In this document: positions 5,242 through 6,803 of the stretch, in pieces | How positions within the stretch are numbered: the first letter of the stretch is position 1 | Layout: each line of letters starts with the position of its first letter | Virus record (IMG/VR): IMGVR_UViG_2778261347_000004 | Origin: a virus | Taxonomy: Duplodnaviria; Heunggongvirae; Uroviricota; Caudoviricetes | DNA: 6,803 bases | Strand: one strand, 5' to 3' | Made by a program: the position numbers and the translations under genes | Notes under the pieces: model-generated | What the model was told of the DNA's origin: nothing | Database searches by the model: none | What the model saw: the letters and a program-made list of their open reading frames with translations, nothing else

Positions 5242-5282
5242 GGCTCTTTAACATTGATGGGATTGTCCCGCCGAAATGCGGG
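5242..5282 (+). promoter_or_regulatory. nutL: boxA GGCTCTTTAACA (5242-5253) and boxB hairpin CCCGCCGAAATGCGGG (5267-5282)
   Basis: About 40 nt downstream of the predicted pL start; boxB is identical to the nutR copy. Confidence 0.65.
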
Positions 5283-5294
5283 AACCAAAGAGTA

Positions 5295-5376
5295 GTTGGC
5301 TTTGGGGTGACGTGAAGTGCAGCTGCAAGACGGCAACCGGAAGATAAGCACGCGGCGCGTCACCGCCAAAGTCAAT
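5295..5376 (+). other. Long imperfect RNA hairpin in the N leader, candidate RNase III / translational control element
   Basis: 5' arm 5300-5312 (CTTTGGGGTGACG) pairs with 3' arm 5358-5371 (CGTCACC-G-CCAAAG) as 13 bp with a one-nucleotide bulge, extendable with G-U pairs to 5295/5376; the 3' arm ends 5 nt before the N Shine-Dalgarno GGAGG (5381-5385). Confidence 0.45.
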
Positions 5377-5390
5377 CATCGGAGGTCAAC

Positions 5391-5663
5391 ATGACAGTAG
5401 TCATTACATATCTGGCTGACGATAACGCCAGAAATCGCCGCAGAGCACGCAGACAGGCTCAACGTGAACAGGCAATGCAAGAACAGCGATTGGCACGAAA
5501 AATTGCGCTAAAGCTCTCTGGTTGCGTCAGAGCAGATAAAGCAGCATCACTCGGAAGCCTTCGCTGCAAGAAGGCAGATGAATGCAGTGGAAGTATTTGC
5601 CTGCCAAACGTAGCCATTTACGCGGCAGGCTACCGGAAATCAAAACAACTGACGGCGAGGTAA
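5391..5663 (+). CDS. N: N-like transcription antitermination protein with N-terminal arginine-rich motif, 90 aa
   Basis: First gene after pL/nutL; GGAGG Shine-Dalgarno; arginine-rich motif NARNRRRARRQAQREQ resembles lambda N (QTRRRERRAEKQAQWK); C-terminal tail ...YAAGYRKSKQLTAR resembles P22 gene 24 product as recalled. Confidence 0.85.
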   Translation: MTVVITYLADDNARNRRRARRQAQREQAMQEQRLARKIALKLSGCVRADKAASLGSLRCKKADECSGSICLPNVAIYAAGYRKSKQLTAR

Positions 5664-5665
5664 TT

Positions 5666-6028
5666 ATGGGTCAGGAAGAAAAATATGAGCTTAAAAAGCT
5701 CATTGGAGAAGACGCCATAGAAGAAATTGCAGCATTAACAACAGCTATAAAGAATATTAGGTATGCGCTAAATACGCTTATCTCCTCATGCGACAAAAAT
5801 AGCAGGGAATTTTTGATACTTGGCGCAGCTCTAGGAATAGTTGATGCGGCAACGCTTCACCTAATTACTCATGACGATATTCTTATTGAGCCGTATGAAA
5901 CATTACTGCTTGTCAGGCAAAAAATGGCTGATGCCGCAGCAAATGGAGACCTTCAACTTTACATCGACTTAAGGAAAGTATTAAGGCGAATGGTCAAAAC
6001 TGAAGGAGATATCCCCCTGACAAAGTAA
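5666..6028 (+). CDS. Hypothetical protein, 120 aa from ATG 5666, second gene of the pL operon
   Basis: ORF-track ORF 5582..6028 overlaps N by 82 nt; the internal ATG 5666 has GAGG 5 nt upstream and starts 2 nt after the N stop codon; predicted soluble, mostly helical; no recognisable motif. Confidence 0.55.
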   Translation: MGQEEKYELKKLIGEDAIEEIAALTTAIKNIRYALNTLISSCDKNSREFLILGAALGIVDAATLHLITHDDILIEPYETLLLVRQKMADAAANGDLQLYIDLRKVLRRMVKTEGDIPLTK

Positions 6029-6058
6029 GGGGGTGAAGAGGCCATTTCAGGAATAAAA

Positions 6059-6553
6059 TTAATAATTTGTCAGCGGCGGTACATATACAGGCTTAGGGTC
6101 TGGCGCTCTATACATCCGGTATTCATTCTTACAGCGAGGACATGAATGCACAAAGAACCCATTAGATTTTATAGTAACCGTGCTTGGTTGAAGTATCGAT
6201 ATTTTATGTTCGCCGAAGCAATGTGCACAAAGGTTATGCTGCTGAATAGAAGGATCGGAATGACTCTTAGGTCGATACACGACAGAACCACCTTCAGTTG
6301 TATGAAGTTCATAATTCTCAGCTTGCACAACAAACATCTTGATTTTTCTATTTTCATCTCGAAGCTTCATTGCGATCTCCTTCTCGGCCTGATAAAGGCC
6401 AGAGAGCTCCGCATTAAGCATCTGTAAGTCAGTTATTCTTTGGTGTAGATCACCAATAGCTTTAGCGATAACAGCATCGTCTCTGGTTTCTTTTATTGTC
6501 TTCAGCAGATCATAAGCCTGTTTCGCGGCAGTTATACCAGATAACACATCCAT
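6059..6553 (-). CDS. Hypothetical protein, 164 aa, N-terminal coiled-coil-like region plus C-terminal CxxC-X25-CxxC zinc ribbon; oriented against the pL operon
   Basis: ORF track; ATG 6553 with AAGAGAG upstream (minus); C-terminal CAHC...CPRC pair; convergent with the gene at 5666..6028 with only 30 nt between stops. Confidence 0.65.
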   Translation of the reverse strand: MDVLSGITAAKQAYDLLKTIKETRDDAVIAKAIGDLHQRITDLQMLNAELSGLYQAEKEIAMKLRDENRKIKMFVVQAENYELHTTEGGSVVYRPKSHSDPSIQQHNLCAHCFGEHKISILQPSTVTIKSNGFFVHSCPRCKNEYRMYRAPDPKPVYVPPLTNY

Positions 6554-6569
6554 ATAAATTACTCTCTTA

Positions 6570-6614
6570 CTGTAGGGGTAAGAGGATTTTACTATTTTTC
6601 TCGCTGTAGGGGTA
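6570..6614. repeat. Two exact copies of 11-bp direct repeat CTGTAGGGGTA (6570-6580 and 6604-6614) upstream of the zinc-ribbon gene
   Basis: Exact 11-mer twice, 34 bp apart, between the minus-strand ATG 6553 and the divergent plus-strand gene at 6754; they flank a candidate minus-strand -10 (TAAAAT, plus 6585-6590). Confidence 0.6.
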
Positions 6615-6753
6615 CACGAGAACCACCGAGCCTGATGTGGTTAAAAGACAGGCACAATCTTTACTACCGCAAGCCACGCAGTGAAATGGGTGTGACTTGT
6701 GTTGGTCGCCAGAAAATGAAATTAGACAGCAAACCACTTATTTGAGGTGAGAT

Positions 6754-6803
6754 ATGACAAAATCATGGAGCGTACCTTTTCCTGAATCAGAAACTGAACA
6801 TGA
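6754..6803 (+). CDS. Hypothetical protein, 5' end only (continues beyond window end); N-terminus MTKSWSVPFPESETEH
   Basis: ATG 6754 preceded by GAGGTGA Shine-Dalgarno; frame open to window edge. Confidence 0.4.
   Translation, partial: MTKSWSVPFPESETEH

Noticed and set aside
5582-5665. ORF-track start at 5582 for the gene after N
   Set aside because: Would overlap the N gene by 82 nt in another frame; internal ATG 5666 has its own Shine-Dalgarno right after the N stop.
6013-6033. Hairpin CCCCCT-9 nt-AGGGGG between the convergent genes as a bidirectional terminator
   Set aside because: GC-rich 6-bp stem but no U tract on the plus strand and only a weak U-containing stretch on the minus strand; not confident it terminates; the convergent genes may simply overlap transcriptionally.
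6146-6427. 93-aa plus-strand ORF and 62-aa minus-strand ORF (6169..6357) inside the zinc-ribbon gene
   Set aside because: Both are alternative frames within the better-supported 164-aa gene; no start signals; low-complexity sequence.

Overview
This 6.8-kb window is the immunity/early-control and replication core of a lambdoid (lambda/P22-type mosaic) enterobacterial prophage. Minus strand, reading high to low coordinates: cro (3577..3801), nutR, cII (3189..3467), a 53-aa small ORF, an O-like replication initiator with the origin (iterons plus AT-rich element) inside it (2277..3005, C-terminus apparently frameshifted), a DnaB-family helicase (845..2221), an intrinsic terminator, then three small ORFs and a partial gene. 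Plus strand: cI repressor (3913..4620, probably leaderless from pRM) followed by an AT-rich 98-aa single-TM accessory gene (4661..4957) and a strong terminator; then oL/pL, nutL, a structured leader, an N-like antiterminator (5391..5663) and a 120-aa unknown (5666..6028). A 164-aa coiled-coil/zinc-ribbon gene (6059..6553) lies on the opposite strand with its own repeat-bearing upstream region, and another plus-strand gene starts at 6754. Also present: an oop-like antisense RNA whose terminator overlaps the cII 3' end, pRE-like CII boxes, and 14-bp ATAAC-N4-GTTAT operators at oR and oL. No rRNA, tRNA or CRISPR array was seen. The best candidates for undescribed biology are the accessory genes in lysogen-expressed positions (the rex-slot membrane protein and the antisense zinc-ribbon protein) and the gene after N; none can be given a function from sequence alone. 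All homology statements are from reading the translations and from memory of lambda/P22, not from database searches.
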